A DNA stretch of 64,000 bases from Spironucleus salmonicida (taxonomy: Eukaryota). Shown here piece by piece: positions 1-11,566 of the stretch. Position numbers and translations under genes: made by a program. The stretch is taken from assembly GCF_000497125.1 (NCBI RefSeq), contig NC_090598.1, positions 868,001-932,000 of the forward strand, given 5' to 3'. How positions within the stretch are numbered: the first letter of the stretch is position 1; each line of letters opens with the position of its first letter. A model generated the notes under the pieces. It saw only the letters and a program-made list of their open reading frames with translations, was not told the origin of the DNA and ran no database searches.

Positions 1-650
1 ACGGAAATCGCTGCATGGCGCCTGATCTCGCATACCCGCTGCTGAACTGCCACCCACTCATCCAGAACTAGCTGCAGTGCAGCGAAACGGCGTTTTTCAA
101 AAGCCTCAGCCAGGCCGAGCAGGACGTCTTGCGTGGCATTTCGGGAAACTACTTCTGGAATCAGCACTGCTGCTGGATTGCGCGCGGCCACGAGCGATTA
201 CAGTGGCTCCAGGGCATCGGCCAGGTCTTGTTTTCGTGTCGTGGTAGGAGCGAGCACTAATTTGAGGCTGAGTTCCTGAAATAAGGGATTTTGCTCAGCA
301 ATCAGTTTCAGTTTCAGGGCAGCTCTGCCAGGGGGTGGATGAGCCTTACTGAAAGCAACATCTCATTTCGTGACAGTTTACTCGAGTAAAAATTTCGTGT
401 TGATGAGTATATTAAGTCTATTAGTGGTGAAAGAAACTCGTAGAATTCTACAAAAGACAAAATAAAGATACTAATGACAGAAATGCTTAACTCAGATTCT
501 ATGATCACTTTGGTACACTTGGATGATATTATCTCGCTGGCCGACGGCACGCCTCTGGCCCACGACCTGTGCAGTGACGCGCGGCTGTGCGGGCGGGTGC
601 AGCGCCTCCTGGCGGGGGCCGGGCGGGAGTACGGCCGGCGTGGGGAATGA
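1..650 (+). CDS. hypothetical protein, 5'-partial; last 125 nt lie inside inverted repeat A
   Basis: Frame 3 is open from the window start to TGA at 648-650 when TAA/TAG are read as Gln. Confidence 0.6.
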
Positions 651-749
651 TACTGGGCGGCGTGGAGCGGCGCGGGGAATTAGGATATTATACGGTACGC
701 GAGATGTTCCCCCGAAATTCGGCTTTCTTTCCGCCGCACCACTCCCCCA

Positions 750-1772
750 ATGTCAAGCGCCCTCGCGATCGAAATCTTCCAACCGCTCTCGGCCCTGCTG
801 ATCCTCGTGGTGGCCCTGCTGGGCGGCGTGCTGCCCTACCTGGTGCAGCGGCTCGCGAAGAGCACGCGGGTGACGGGCCGGATGAACTGCCTCTCGGGCG
901 GCATGCTGGCGGGCGTGGCGCTGCTGCACATCATCCCCGAGTCCGGGGACGCGCTGAACCACGCCTGCGGGGACTTCCCGGTGAGCTCGGTGGTGCTCTT
1001 CCTGGGCATCCTCGCGATGCTGGTGGTGATCCAGGTGGGCCACAACCACGGGCACGACCATGACCACGGCCACCCCGACAACGCCTCGGCCTCGGACACC
1101 GGCAGCGCGCCGCTGGACTGCGAGGCCCACGCGTCCATGACCTTCGGCCACTGCGGCCCCTCCTGCGTGGTGGACCGCAACAACCACTGCCACGACCACG
1201 ACGCGGACAACTGCACCGAGACCTGCCAGGCCACCGCGCCACCCGCAGTGAGGCCCGACTCCACCATCAAGGCGCTCATGCTCAGCCTCATGATCCACGA
1301 CGTGTCCGAGGGCGTGATCCTCGGCTTCCAGACCGACCTGCACGAGGGCGCGTTCCTGGCGCTCGCCATCCTGATGCACAAGTGGTGCGACGTGTCGTGC
1401 CAGGTGATCGCGGGCATGCGCAAGGGGCTCAGCCGGCGCCAGAACCTCGCCTTCGCCCTGCCCATCGCCTTCGCGACGCCGGTGGCCCAGCTGGTGACCT
1501 TCGCGGTCATGCGGCTCGCGCACGTGAGCGAGGCGGGCGTGGCCTTCAACGTGACCAAGGACTGCTTCATGAGCTTCGCGGCGGGCACCTTCCTGGCGAT
1601 CGTGCTGGTCGAGATCCTCGGCCACGAGATCACCGGCACCGCGCGCGAGGTCGCCGGCGGGGCGCTGTGGACGCTGCTGGGCTTCGGCCTCGTCAGCGTG
1701 AGCAACGTGATCGAGGTGGTCACCGGCGGGCACGATCATGGGCACGACCACGGCCATGCCCACCACGAGTGA
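750..1772 (+). CDS. ZIP-family (Zrt/Irt-like) zinc/iron transporter
   Basis: Multiple hydrophobic helices, LSGGMLAGVALLHIIPE, HDVSEG and HKWCD motifs, His-rich loop and tail; ends GAGTGA. Confidence 0.9.
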   Translation: MSSALAIEIFQPLSALLILVVALLGGVLPYLVQRLAKSTRVTGRMNCLSGGMLAGVALLHIIPESGDALNHACGDFPVSSVVLFLGILAMLVVIQVGHNHGHDHDHGHPDNASASDTGSAPLDCEAHASMTFGHCGPSCVVDRNNHCHDHDADNCTETCQATAPPAVRPDSTIKALMLSLMIHDVSEGVILGFQTDLHEGAFLALAILMHKWCDVSCQVIAGMRKGLSRRQNLAFALPIAFATPVAQLVTFAVMRLAHVSEAGVAFNVTKDCFMSFAAGTFLAIVLVEILGHEITGTAREVAGGALWTLLGFGLVSVSNVIEVVTGGHDHGHDHGHAHHE

Positions 1773-1914
1773 CACTTTCCTTTCCTCACCGCTCCTCGTA
1801 CTCGCAGAAAAAACTGCCCTATCGCGGGGTATTCTCGGGCCCACGCCTGCTTTCTACGGCACGCGGCGTCGGACCCGCCCGCGTCCCTGTCGCCAATGTA
1901 CTCGCCACTCCACA

Positions 1915-2124
1915 ATGCCAGCCTACCGATGGACCTACGAGCAGGAGGAGCGCCTCCACCAGGCCGTGCAGCGCCACGGGAGCCAGTGGGAGCGCATCCG
2001 GTGCGAGAGCTTCCCGCGGCTCTCGGTCGCCGTGATCAAGAACAAGCACTACCGCATGCGCAAGGACGCCGCGCCGGCCCAGGATGGCGAGTTGCTCAAG
2101 CTGCTGCAGGCCTGCTGCGAGTGA
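1915..2124 (+). CDS. small single-repeat Myb/SANT protein (69 aa)
   Basis: WTYEQEERLHQAVQRHGSQWERI...IKNKHY; CCACTCCACA before ATG; ends GAGTGA. Confidence 0.8.
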   Translation: MPAYRWTYEQEERLHQAVQRHGSQWERIRCESFPRLSVAVIKNKHYRMRKDAAPAQDGELLKLLQACCE

Positions 2125-2154
2125 CTGCATGCATCACTACGCCGCCGGGCGGCC

Positions 2155-2739
2155 TCACACGCCCAGCACGCTGTACAGGTCGCACTGCCCGAGGTCCAGC
2201 GCCCTGGCCGCCGCGAACTGGTCTTGGTACACCTGCAGCACCTTTGCGAGGTGGTCGGCGTCCTCCTCCTGCATCTCCACCACCGCCCGCGCCCGCAGGG
2301 TCCCGACGCGCACCTGGCGCCGCCCCAGCCGCTGCATGGTGACCGGGAGCTCGAAGCCGAACGCCGCGTGCGGCAGGGCCACCTTCTCGCGGTCCACCAC
2401 AAGCTGCGCGGCCCGCCCGTCCAGCCAGCACCGGAGCGCAACGGCCTCCACGGCGAGGATGCGGAACTCCTCGGTCTGGGACACGTGGGTGCGCGGCACG
2501 GCCCCCTGGAACGCAAAGGCCAGCCGGGCCGGCGGCGGGAGCGTCTGCACGAAGTCGTGCGTGCGCAGGTAGTCCAGCCCGTGCAGGACCTCGTCGTACC
2601 TCCCCAGCCGCGCGTAGAAGCGCTCCAGCGCCTCGCGCGCAGTGAGCACGGGCTCCGGCTCGCTTTGCGGCGCGGCCTCTGCGTCCTCCTCCGCCTCCGA
2701 CTCGCTGCTCGGGGCTGCCGCTGGCCGGGGGATGGGCAT
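2155..2739 (-). CDS. 5'-truncated copy of the 8076-9479 gene, with ATG at the breakpoint
   Basis: Matches the C-terminal 193 aa of 8076-9479; ATG lies immediately outside the repeat arm; may be a pseudogene. Confidence 0.5.
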   Translation of the reverse strand: MPIPRPAAAPSSESEAEEDAEAAPQSEPEPVLTAREALERFYARLGRYDEVLHGLDYLRTHDFVQTLPPPARLAFAFQGAVPRTHVSQTEEFRILAVEAVALRCWLDGRAAQLVVDREKVALPHAAFGFELPVTMQRLGRRQVRVGTLRARAVVEMQEEDADHLAKVLQVYQDQFAAARALDLGQCDLYSVLGV

Positions 2740-2782
2740 GGTAGGATGGGATGCGAGCTGGTGGTGAGTGAATCAACTAATT

Positions 2783-2823
2783 AGTAAGTAAGTAAGTAAG
2801 TCAGTCAGTCAGTAAGTAAGTAA
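2783..2823. repeat. compound tetranucleotide run (AGTA)n(AGTC)n
   Basis: Directly visible. Confidence 0.85.
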
Positions 2824-3458
2824 AAGCAAGATCGGTAAAACCCATTTCAGAAATGACAAAGACACAGTATTGTTATGCATAATGCATAGATATTGAATCA
2901 TCTATCGATGCAAGACGATGACGCATGGAATCATCATTAGAAGTAAGGATCATTTTACGCATGTAACCCATAAAGGGCATCGCTCAAATTTATGGATTCA
3001 GGACACGAGGGGCCCAGATCAATAGTTTACAAATGCAATTTTCCGAAAAATCGCAGGCATTATTATTTATAATACATGAATCTTGATCGATTTATCATAT
3101 ATGATGGATATCCAGCCCAAAATCCAGCGATCTCTTTAGACACTGCGGGCCGGCTGGGTCGCCCAAGCGCCGAATTTTTGAATAGAACCATACCCATCAA
3201 ATCATAAGAAATGAGATCATTAGTCGCACAGATACCCAAGAAACAACCGGGTGACCCGAATAGCAAACCAGAAATCCACAAGGACCAATTAAAAAGCATG
3301 TCACAAATCATATAAATAGAACCAATACCCATACACCAATGATACAAATCAAGTAGTCAAGAAATGAGATTAAAAATAAAAACAAATTAAAATTCATCGA
3401 TTCGAATAGCGTAAAATAGAATATAAATATACACAATACATTCATATGTAATGCATCA

Positions 3459-4078
<620 letters not shown>

Positions 4079-4142
4079 CAGGGGTGAGTGGACCACCGAC
4101 GCGCATGCGGCCCTAGAGGGAAACAAAGAAAATGACAAGATA

Positions 4143-4466
4143 TCACTTGAGCTCCTTCTCGGCGTGGAAGATGCCGTGGAGGTTGCAGTAGGAGGTGGCC
4201 ACGATTTTGGAGTAGCTGGCGATCTCGAACACGGAGAACTCGGCGACGGGCTCGGTGAGGCCGGGGTAGAAGTGGGCAGAGCCGAGCTCGATGAGGACGG
4301 CGCCCTTGAGGCCGTAGATCTTGATCTCGCCGATGTAGTGCTTGTCGGAGGTGGGGTGGAGCTCCTTCTCGCCGCACTGCACGTGGACCTTGCTGCCGGT
4401 GACGGTGATGTGGGGCACGTGCTTGTTGTTCTCGACGGCTGCGTGGATGATGGTCTGGAATGACAT
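4143..4466 (-). CDS. sor: 1Fe superoxide reductase (neelaredoxin type)
   Basis: KHVP, HPxxxxHYI and CNLHG iron-ligand motifs; no N-terminal desulforedoxin domain. Confidence 0.92.
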   Translation of the reverse strand: MSFQTIIHAAVENNKHVPHITVTGSKVHVQCGEKELHPTSDKHYIGEIKIYGLKGAVLIELGSAHFYPGLTEPVAEFSVFEIASYSKIVATSYCNLHGIFHAEKELK

Positions 4467-4568
4467 TGTGGAGTGGGCGCAGATTTATGACCCGCGAATC
4501 GGGATCGCGGCCCAATCCCGTTTACCCAAAGTATACAAAACGTAAAGCGCTGTATACTTTGTACACCC

Positions 4569-4751
4569 TCACTCCCGCTCGAGGGCCTCCAGGCGGCGCC
4601 CCAGCTCCAGCAGCTCCACCTTCGCGCGCGAGAACGCGTCGAAGAAGCGCCGCGCCTGGACGTAGGGCACGGGCCGCGCGCCGGGCAGGTCGAAGCGGAT
4701 CACGGCCGCGGGGTGGATCAGGGGGCGGCGCAGGGCGCTCAGCGTGCTCAT
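4569..4751 (-). CDS. hypothetical small protein (60 aa)
   Basis: ATG to GAGTGA, AT-rich element upstream, GC3-rich codons. Confidence 0.55.
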   Translation of the reverse strand: MSTLSALRRPLIHPAAVIRFDLPGARPVPYVQARRFFDAFSRAKVELLELGRRLEALERE

Positions 4752-5079
4752 TTGGAGCGTCAGTTACTGGGCCGCGGGCCGCTGCGGGTATATAATACGC
4801 GCGCGTCTGGGAGGGGAGCCCCGCCCTGGGTATCGGACCGTAATAGGCCGCTCCAGAAACCAGTTTCGGCACACTTAAGAACAGACGCCGCATCCCCCGT
4901 AATACCGCGGCCCCGCCAGGACAGAAACTGTTTTTACTTGCGTTTCGCTGCGGCGCACACTGGGCTTTTCTATGGCGGCCTTCGGAGCGGAGTACCATGT
5001 AGGCGCCGTCCTCCGCGGAAGGCGGAGCGGGCCCGCCCGGAATGGAATACAACAATGCTCACTCGCCGCGCCCGGGCGC

Positions 5080-5394
5080 TCACAGCAGCTGGGGGCTGTC
5101 GACGTCCCTGACCACCGGGATCCGGGGCAGCTGGTCCCCGCCGGCGCCCATCACCTGCCAGGCTGGCTGGACCCCCTGGCCGGCCACCTCGACGGTCTCC
5201 TGGCGGCAGGCCTGCGTCTTGACCATGCCCAGGACCTGCTGCACCTGGTCCATGTAGTCGTGGTAGGTCCGCCTCTGGTCGCGCTGGACCTTGCAGCAGC
5301 AACAGCAGAAGGTGATGGCCCCGCTGGCGATGAAGACCATGAGCAGTACCATGACGGAGATCAGCACGGCCTCGGTCGAGCTCACTCCTCCCAT
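5080..5394 (-). CDS. single-pass membrane protein with juxtamembrane Cys cluster
   Basis: Hydrophobic helix followed by FCCCCCK and basic residues; C-rich motif before ATG. Confidence 0.7.
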   Translation of the reverse strand: MGGVSSTEAVLISVMVLLMVFIASGAITFCCCCCKVQRDQRRTYHDYMDQVQQVLGMVKTQACRQETVEVAGQGVQPAWQVMGAGGDQLPRIPVVRDVDSPQLL

Positions 5395-5509
5395 TTGTGT
5401 GGAGGGGGATAAAGAGAGTTGGTGCGGCGGGCGGTGCTATTGTACTCGGGAGTGCGGAGACCCCGCTTCTCTTTATCGAGCCGAAACTGCGCCGAGTTCT
5501 TGGGCGGCC

Positions 5510-6088
5510 TCACTTCCCGCCGCCCGCGCTCCGGCTGGGGCGCTGCATGTCCACCAGGTAGCCGATGTCCCAGCGCCCGCGGAACTGCCGGCCCTCGATG
5601 TGCGGGCTGGCGTCGCCGCCGATGCGGTATCCCTTGAAGGCCTTCTGCCGGAGCACCTCCGTCTCGCGGGCCCGGTACACCTGCCGGATGCCCTCCGCCA
5701 CCGACGGCGCCTTGGCTGCCAGGGTCTCCACGATGCGGCAGATCGTGATCAGCTGGTCCTCGAAGTCGTCCACGCCCACGAAGCAGGACGCAGGGCCGTA
5801 GAACACGCCCGAGAGCGCGCGGAAGAAGGGGAAGTTGTGCTGGCTCACGGCCATGACCAGCCGCTCCGTGCCGAAGATATCGCACAGCACCGCGAAGTGG
5901 TACTGGCCGCCCAGGTCGAGCAGGCCGGTGTAGAACGCGAGCAGCTGGTCCGCGGTCTTGGCCCCGGCGTAGTAGAAGAGCTTGGCCACGAAGTACTTCA
6001 TGAGGTTGCCCAGGTCCAGGACCCGGAGCGCCTCCAGCTGGGCGAACTGCCGCTGGACGCCGAAGGGCAGGTCGTCGAACAGCCGCAT
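5510..6088 (-). CDS. hypothetical protein (192 aa)
   Basis: MRLFDDLPF... ending AAGTGA; strong GC3 bias. Confidence 0.7.
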   Translation of the reverse strand: MRLFDDLPFGVQRQFAQLEALRVLDLGNLMKYFVAKLFYYAGAKTADQLLAFYTGLLDLGGQYHFAVLCDIFGTERLVMAVSQHNFPFFRALSGVFYGPASCFVGVDDFEDQLITICRIVETLAAKAPSVAEGIRQVYRARETEVLRQKAFKGYRIGGDASPHIEGRQFRGRWDIGYLVDMQRPSRSAGGGK

Positions 6089-7053
6089 TCTTGCACTTCG
6101 CAGGGAATGTATAAGAAGCGGATATTGCGTATCGCTCCACCGGCCATGGCGCATCACAGCACGGCCCATCCCCTGCACCGGCCTGTGCGGGCTGCGGGCG
6201 GTGCCACGCATAGAATGTACCCTGCGTATTCTATCCCACCCCCCTCAGCCTCAGCCTCGCTCCAGCAGGCCTGGCGCATCAGGTGCCAGCGCAACTCCTA
6301 GGCTAGACCCACTTCAGAAATGTGACAGGCATAGTGTGCCTATCCAGTAGGCTGCCCATACCGGCCGAACGGCTAGAATACTAGTCACTCCTCACCACTC
6401 CCACTCATACTGGCTGAGCTGGATCCTCTGCGTTTACATCTTCTGATATGTGGGGGCGTCTGCGCGTTCGTAGGGCTTTCTGGCCCGGTGCGGGGATTTG
6501 GAACATTTTATCATTTATAAAAAAATAAAAACTATAAAATTATATAAATAACTAAAAGATATAGATGTAAAAATTTATTTTTTAAATTTATAATATCCTA
6601 TAATACTTATCATTGGTTTAAAATTTATAAGTGTGGTTAGATTGAGATTTAGCTTTGATTCTCTAGATTTATATATATCAAATCTTATTAGTTAGTATTA
6701 TTGAATGACATAAACTAATAATAATTATATAAACTAGACAGAATAAGTACGAGAATACTAATTTTAGCAACAGAAATAGAATTTGGTTTCAATAACACTA
6801 ACTAATAATGTTAGTATAACAAATATTACTACCTAATTTCCACCTAACACAAATATGATTCATGTTTATAAACATTAGGTTCATATAGTTGGATATTAAA
6901 ATCATTAAAACTATTTTTAATCGTTTTATTAAGCTAATATATAGTTTAACTCACTCTAGAAAAGCAATTCTAAGTCAAGTAAAATATTTTTCCCGTATTC
7001 ATAGATTATACTTTTTACTATATATAAGTAGCTTTACTTTTACAAAAATTAAA

Positions 7054-7368
7054 ATGTTCGCAGAACTATTTTCGGATTAACAAACTCCTACTCCACCACC
7101 ATCAATTTAGTTACCACGAAGGCTTATTTTGTTGTAAGATGTTTTTGATGAAAAGGAAGAATAAAAAATTACTAAGAAGTTTACTTAAAGTTTGAAAAAA
7201 ATACGATCGGAAAACAAACTCAAATGCAGGGAAGAAATCATTAGAAATCTTAAGAAAAAGGTAGTTAAATAAGAACCATAAAAGATTTGTTAAGATTAGA
7301 GTTTTTCAAACCTAATGAAGAAACTTTAGTAGTTCGAATAGTAAACTAACGAAGATAGTGAGTTTTGA
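7054..7368 (+). CDS. hypothetical Lys/Gln-rich protein
   Basis: Open with TAA/TAG=Gln, ends TGA. Confidence 0.5.
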
Positions 7369-7442
7369 AAAATATGGAAAACATTAATATAAACTTTTAT
7401 ATAATAAATACTACTAATTAAAATAATTAAACATTCCGCAAT

Positions 7443-8033
7443 ATGCCAAAAGCTGAACCAAAATCTACAATCTCTGAGCTTAACCTCTCTTATAAACTAT
7501 TTTCCGAGTCTAACCGCTTAGAATTCATTATATAAAATGTCACCGAAGCTTATCCAGAATATGGTCCACCTGAGCCTATAATGACATTAGAAGAGCCACC
7601 TATTGAAGAAGAATCCCCGGAATAGGAAACTGCACAATCTCAGCAAGCTGCAGCTCCAGTTCCAACTCCTGTTGCTGTTGTCGCCACACCTATAGATGCT
7701 GAAGAGGAAGACCCTGATGCTCCTCGTAAGAAAATTAAAAAAGAACCGATATTATTCATTGCCAGTAAAGAAAAAGATATGGATAAATGGAACGTTTTGT
7801 GTATGATCTTATTTTAGTAGAATCTTTACGAATTATAAAACGATCAATAAATGGAATGTATCGAGATTCTAGATAAATTAACTAAGTGGGCAAAAACCTT
7901 TTACTTACAGGACTCATTTTCAGTCGATTTCTTCACTTATGTAATGGACAGATTGAAGCTCGGTAAAAAATGCGATATTGGTATTAATAGAAATATCTCC
8001 GCCATCAAAGAGGAGTTTAAATGCAAATTTTGA
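7443..8033 (+). CDS. hypothetical protein (196 aa)
   Basis: Open with TAA/TAG=Gln; Pro/Glu/Ala-rich middle. Confidence 0.7.
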
Positions 8034-8075
8034 CTGATATATAATTATTATACATTTAATTTATTTCCGCGTTTA

Positions 8076-9479
8076 ATGCCAGTAGTGACCACAATTGCTG
8101 ACCTGAAAAATATCCAGCCACCACGCACAGTCACGTTCCAGCCATAAATAGATATACCAATACAGCTCACTCAGCTGCACACCATACTAATCTCATCACA
8201 ACTACAGGTTATCCTAGACCTCTCCCTCACTACAAATTTTCAAGATTGCCTGGCACCACTCTAGAACGCCCTCAATACGAACAGGGTATGTGCTTTGTCA
8301 CTTGCAGGCGTGAAAATATCTTCCTCGCAGTTTCGGGCGCTGAACTTGAACACGATCAGGGAGCTCGATATTTCCTGGACGGGGCTGCGCATGGCACAAG
8401 TCAACGCGCACAATATCGAGACACTCTACGTTCAAGGCCTCGATCTGCGGGGGTTTTCGACGGCGAATTTGCCTAAGTTGACCGAGCTGGACTTCTCGTA
8501 CGCGGCGAACTGCGAGATACCCCTTACGGGGCTGCGCAAAGTGGTAGCGTGCGGTGTGAAACTTGACTTTGAGGGGCTTCGGGGAGTTGAAAATGTCGAG
8601 GTCTCTGCTGCGACGCAGCGAGAGCTCAAGAGCCTCTGCAAGAGCCGGCATCTGGACAGCTTCGTGGCCTACCAGGACGGCGGAGCAGACCTGGGGATCC
8701 TGGCGGCTAAGTACCCAGGGGTTGCCGTCCAGGACCACTTTTAGGAGGAGGCGGCGCCCGACCTTTTCGCGTACCGCGGCGGGTCCGAGGACGTGCTCTT
8801 CGGCCTAGAGCCGCCCCACGTGAATCTGGCGTACCAGAGCCGGCACGACGAGTTCTTCGCGCTCTCGCGGCTCGAGGAGCAGGCGTGCGTCTGCGCACCC
8901 ATCCCCCGGCCAGCGGCAGCCCCGAGCAGCGAGTCGGAGGCGGAGGAGGACGCAGAGGCCGCGCCGCAAAGCGAGCCGGAGCCCGTGCTCACTGCGCGCG
9001 AGGCGCTGGAGCGCTTCTACGCGCGGCTGGGGCGGTACGACGAGGTCCTGCACGGGCTGGACTACCTGCGCACGCACGACTTCGTGCAGACGCTCCCGCC
9101 GCCGGCCCGGCTGGCCTTTGCGTTCCAGGGGGCCGTGCCGCGCACCCACGTGTCCCAGACCGAGGAGTTCCGCATCCTCGCCGTGGAGGCCGTTGCGCTC
9201 CGGTGCTGGCTGGACGGGCGGGCCGCGCAGCTTGTGGTGGACCGCGAGAAGGTGGCCCTGCCGCACGCGGCGTTCGGCTTCGAGCTCCCGGTCACCATGC
9301 AGCGGCTGGGGCGGCGCCAGGTGCGCGTCGGGACCCTGCGGGCGCGGGCGGTGGTGGAGATGCAGGAGGAGGACGCCGACCACCTCGCAAAGGTGCTGCA
9401 GGTGTACCAAGACCAGTTCGCGGCGGCCAGGGCGCTGGACCTCGGGCAGTGCGACCTGTACAGCGTGCTGGGCGTGTGA
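8076..9479 (+). CDS. protein with leucine-rich-repeat-like N-terminal half (467 aa)
   Basis: One frame joins track ORFs 8295 and 8793 through TAG; IRELDISWT and LTELDFSYA resemble LRR units. Confidence 0.7.
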
Positions 9480-9509
9480 GGCCGCCCGGCGGCGTAGTGA
9501 TGCATGCAG

Positions 9510-9719
9510 TCACTCGCAGCAGGCCTGCAGCAGCTTGAGCAACTCGCCATCCTGGGCCGGCGCGGCGTCCTTGCGCATGCGGTAGTGCTTGTTCTTGATC
9601 ACGGCGACCGAGAGCCGCGGGAAGCTCTCGCACCGGATGCGCTCCCACTGGCTCCCGTGGCGCTGCACGGCCTGGTGGAGGCGCTCCTCCTGCTCGTAGG
9701 TCCATCGGTAGGCTGGCAT
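9510..9719 (-). CDS. small Myb/SANT protein, copy 2
   Basis: Same as 1915-2124. Confidence 0.8.
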   Translation of the reverse strand: MPAYRWTYEQEERLHQAVQRHGSQWERIRCESFPRLSVAVIKNKHYRMRKDAAPAQDGELLKLLQACCE

Positions 9720-9861
9720 TGTGGAGTGGCGAGTACATTGGCGACAGGGACGCGGGCGGGTCCGACGCCGCGTGCCGTAGAAAGCAGGCGTGGGCCCGAG
9801 AATACCCCGCGATAGGGCAGTTTTTTCTGCGAGTACGAGGAGCGGTGAGGAAAGGAAAGTG

Positions 9862-10884
9862 TCACTCGTGGTGGGCATGGCCGTGGTCGTGCCCATGATC
9901 GTGCCCGCCGGTGACCACCTCGATCACGTTGCTCACGCTGACGAGGCCGAAGCCCAGCAGCGTCCACAGCGCCCCGCCGGCGACCTCGCGCGCGGTGCCG
10001 GTGATCTCGTGGCCGAGGATCTCGACCAGCACGATCGCCAGGAAGGTGCCCGCCGCGAAGCTCATGAAGCAGTCCTTGGTCACGTTGAAGGCCACGCCCG
10101 CCTCGCTCACGTGCGCGAGCCGCATGACCGCGAAGGTCACCAGCTGGGCCACCGGCGTCGCGAAGGCGATGGGCAGGGCGAAGGCGAGGTTCTGGCGCCG
10201 GCTGAGCCCCTTGCGCATGCCCGCGATCACCTGGCACGACACGTCGCACCACTTGTGCATCAGGATGGCGAGCGCCAGGAACGCGCCCTCGTGCAGGTCG
10301 GTCTGGAAGCCGAGGATCACGCCCTCGGACACGTCGTGGATCATGAGGCTGAGCATGAGCGCCTTGATGGTGGAGTCGGGCCTCACTGCGGGCGGCGCGG
10401 TGGCCTGGCAGGTCTCGGTGCAGTTGTCCGCGTCGTGGTCGTGGCAGTGGTTGTTGCGGTCCACCACGCAGGAGGGGCCGCAGTGGCCGAAGGTCATGGA
10501 CGCGTGGGCCTCGCAGTCCAGCGGCGCGCTGCCGGTGTCCGAGGCCGAGGCGTTGTCGGGGTGGCCGTGGTCATGGTCGTGCCCGTGGTTGTGGCCCACC
10601 TGGATCACCACCAGCATCGCGAGGATGCCCAGGAAGAGCACCACCGAGCTCACCGGGAAGTCCCCGCAGGCGTGGTTCAGCGCGTCCCCGGACTCGGGGA
10701 TGATGTGCAGCAGCGCCACGCCCGCCAGCATGCCGCCCGAGAGGCAGTTCATCCGGCCCGTCACCCGCGTGCTCTTCGCGAGCCGCTGCACCAGGTAGGG
10801 CAGCACGCCGCCCAGCAGGGCCACCACGAGGATCAGCAGGGCCGAGAGCGGTTGGAAGATTTCGATCGCGAGGGCGCTTGACAT
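9862..10884 (-). CDS. ZIP-family metal transporter, copy 2
   Basis: Protein identical to 750-1772. Confidence 0.9.
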   Translation of the reverse strand: MSSALAIEIFQPLSALLILVVALLGGVLPYLVQRLAKSTRVTGRMNCLSGGMLAGVALLHIIPESGDALNHACGDFPVSSVVLFLGILAMLVVIQVGHNHGHDHDHGHPDNASASDTGSAPLDCEAHASMTFGHCGPSCVVDRNNHCHDHDADNCTETCQATAPPAVRPDSTIKALMLSLMIHDVSEGVILGFQTDLHEGAFLALAILMHKWCDVSCQVIAGMRKGLSRRQNLAFALPIAFATPVAQLVTFAVMRLAHVSEAGVAFNVTKDCFMSFAAGTFLAIVLVEILGHEITGTAREVAGGALWTLLGFGLVSVSNVIEVVTGGHDHGHDHGHAHHE

Positions 10885-11237
10885 TGGGGGAGTGGTGCGG
10901 CGGAAAGAAAGCCGAATTTCGGGGGAACATCTCGCGTACCGTATAATATCCTAATTCCCCGCGCCGCTCCACGCCGCCCAGTATCATTCCCCACGCCGGC
11001 CGCACTCCCGCCCGGCCCCCGCCAGGAGGCGCTGCACCCGCCCGCACAGCCGCGCGTCACTGCACAGGTCGTGGGCCAGAGGCGTGCCGTCGGCCAGCGA
11101 GATAATATTATTAAACCTAATTTTGATAATCTGCTCAATAAAGACAGCTTTTTCAACTATAAATTAATATAACAATAGTATATAAAAGTTTATTTACTAT
11201 TATTTTAACGAAAAGTAGATAAATTAATGTCATTCAC

Positions 11238-11525
11238 TCAAATACTTATCAAATCGTCTATAAATTAGTCATCGCTATCTGATTTGAACTCCATTACTGT
11301 TGATAGCAAATTACTCCTCATACCCTATGATTTTGATAACTAAAAACCGCCAAATTTTTGTTTAGAGGACTTTTAACAATTTTAATTTTGTGATGGTTTA
11401 TATTTGACACTCAATAAATCTTCTGCATTATTCATAGCTTATGGTTTTATGATAGTTATATTATTAAGTTCGTCATAAGATGTATTAGGTAAATTTAGTT
11501 AAAAAAATGAGTTATTTGATTTCAT
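11238..11525 (-). CDS. hypothetical protein (95 aa)
   Basis: Open with TAA/TAG=Gln; stop reads TGAGTGA. Confidence 0.45.
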
Positions 11526-11566
11526 TAATTCTGTTATATATAAATATATATAATAGTATATGTAAT

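Larger units (their letters stand above)
526..2736 (+). repeat. inverted repeat A, left arm (2211 bp)
   Basis: Reverse complement of 8898-11108; paired coordinates sum to 11634; about 3 substitutions seen. Confidence 0.95.
8898..11108 (-). repeat. inverted repeat A, right arm
   Basis: Reverse complement of 526-2736. Confidence 0.95.

Noticed and set aside
753-1844. Long antisense and alternative-frame ORFs over the ZIP gene and other GC-rich arms
   Set aside because: Shadow ORFs expected from high GC3; no motifs or flanking signals.
3063-3347. Hydrophobic minus-strand ORF
   Set aside because: Arises from strand-skewed A-rich DNA; no recognisable motif or start/stop signals.
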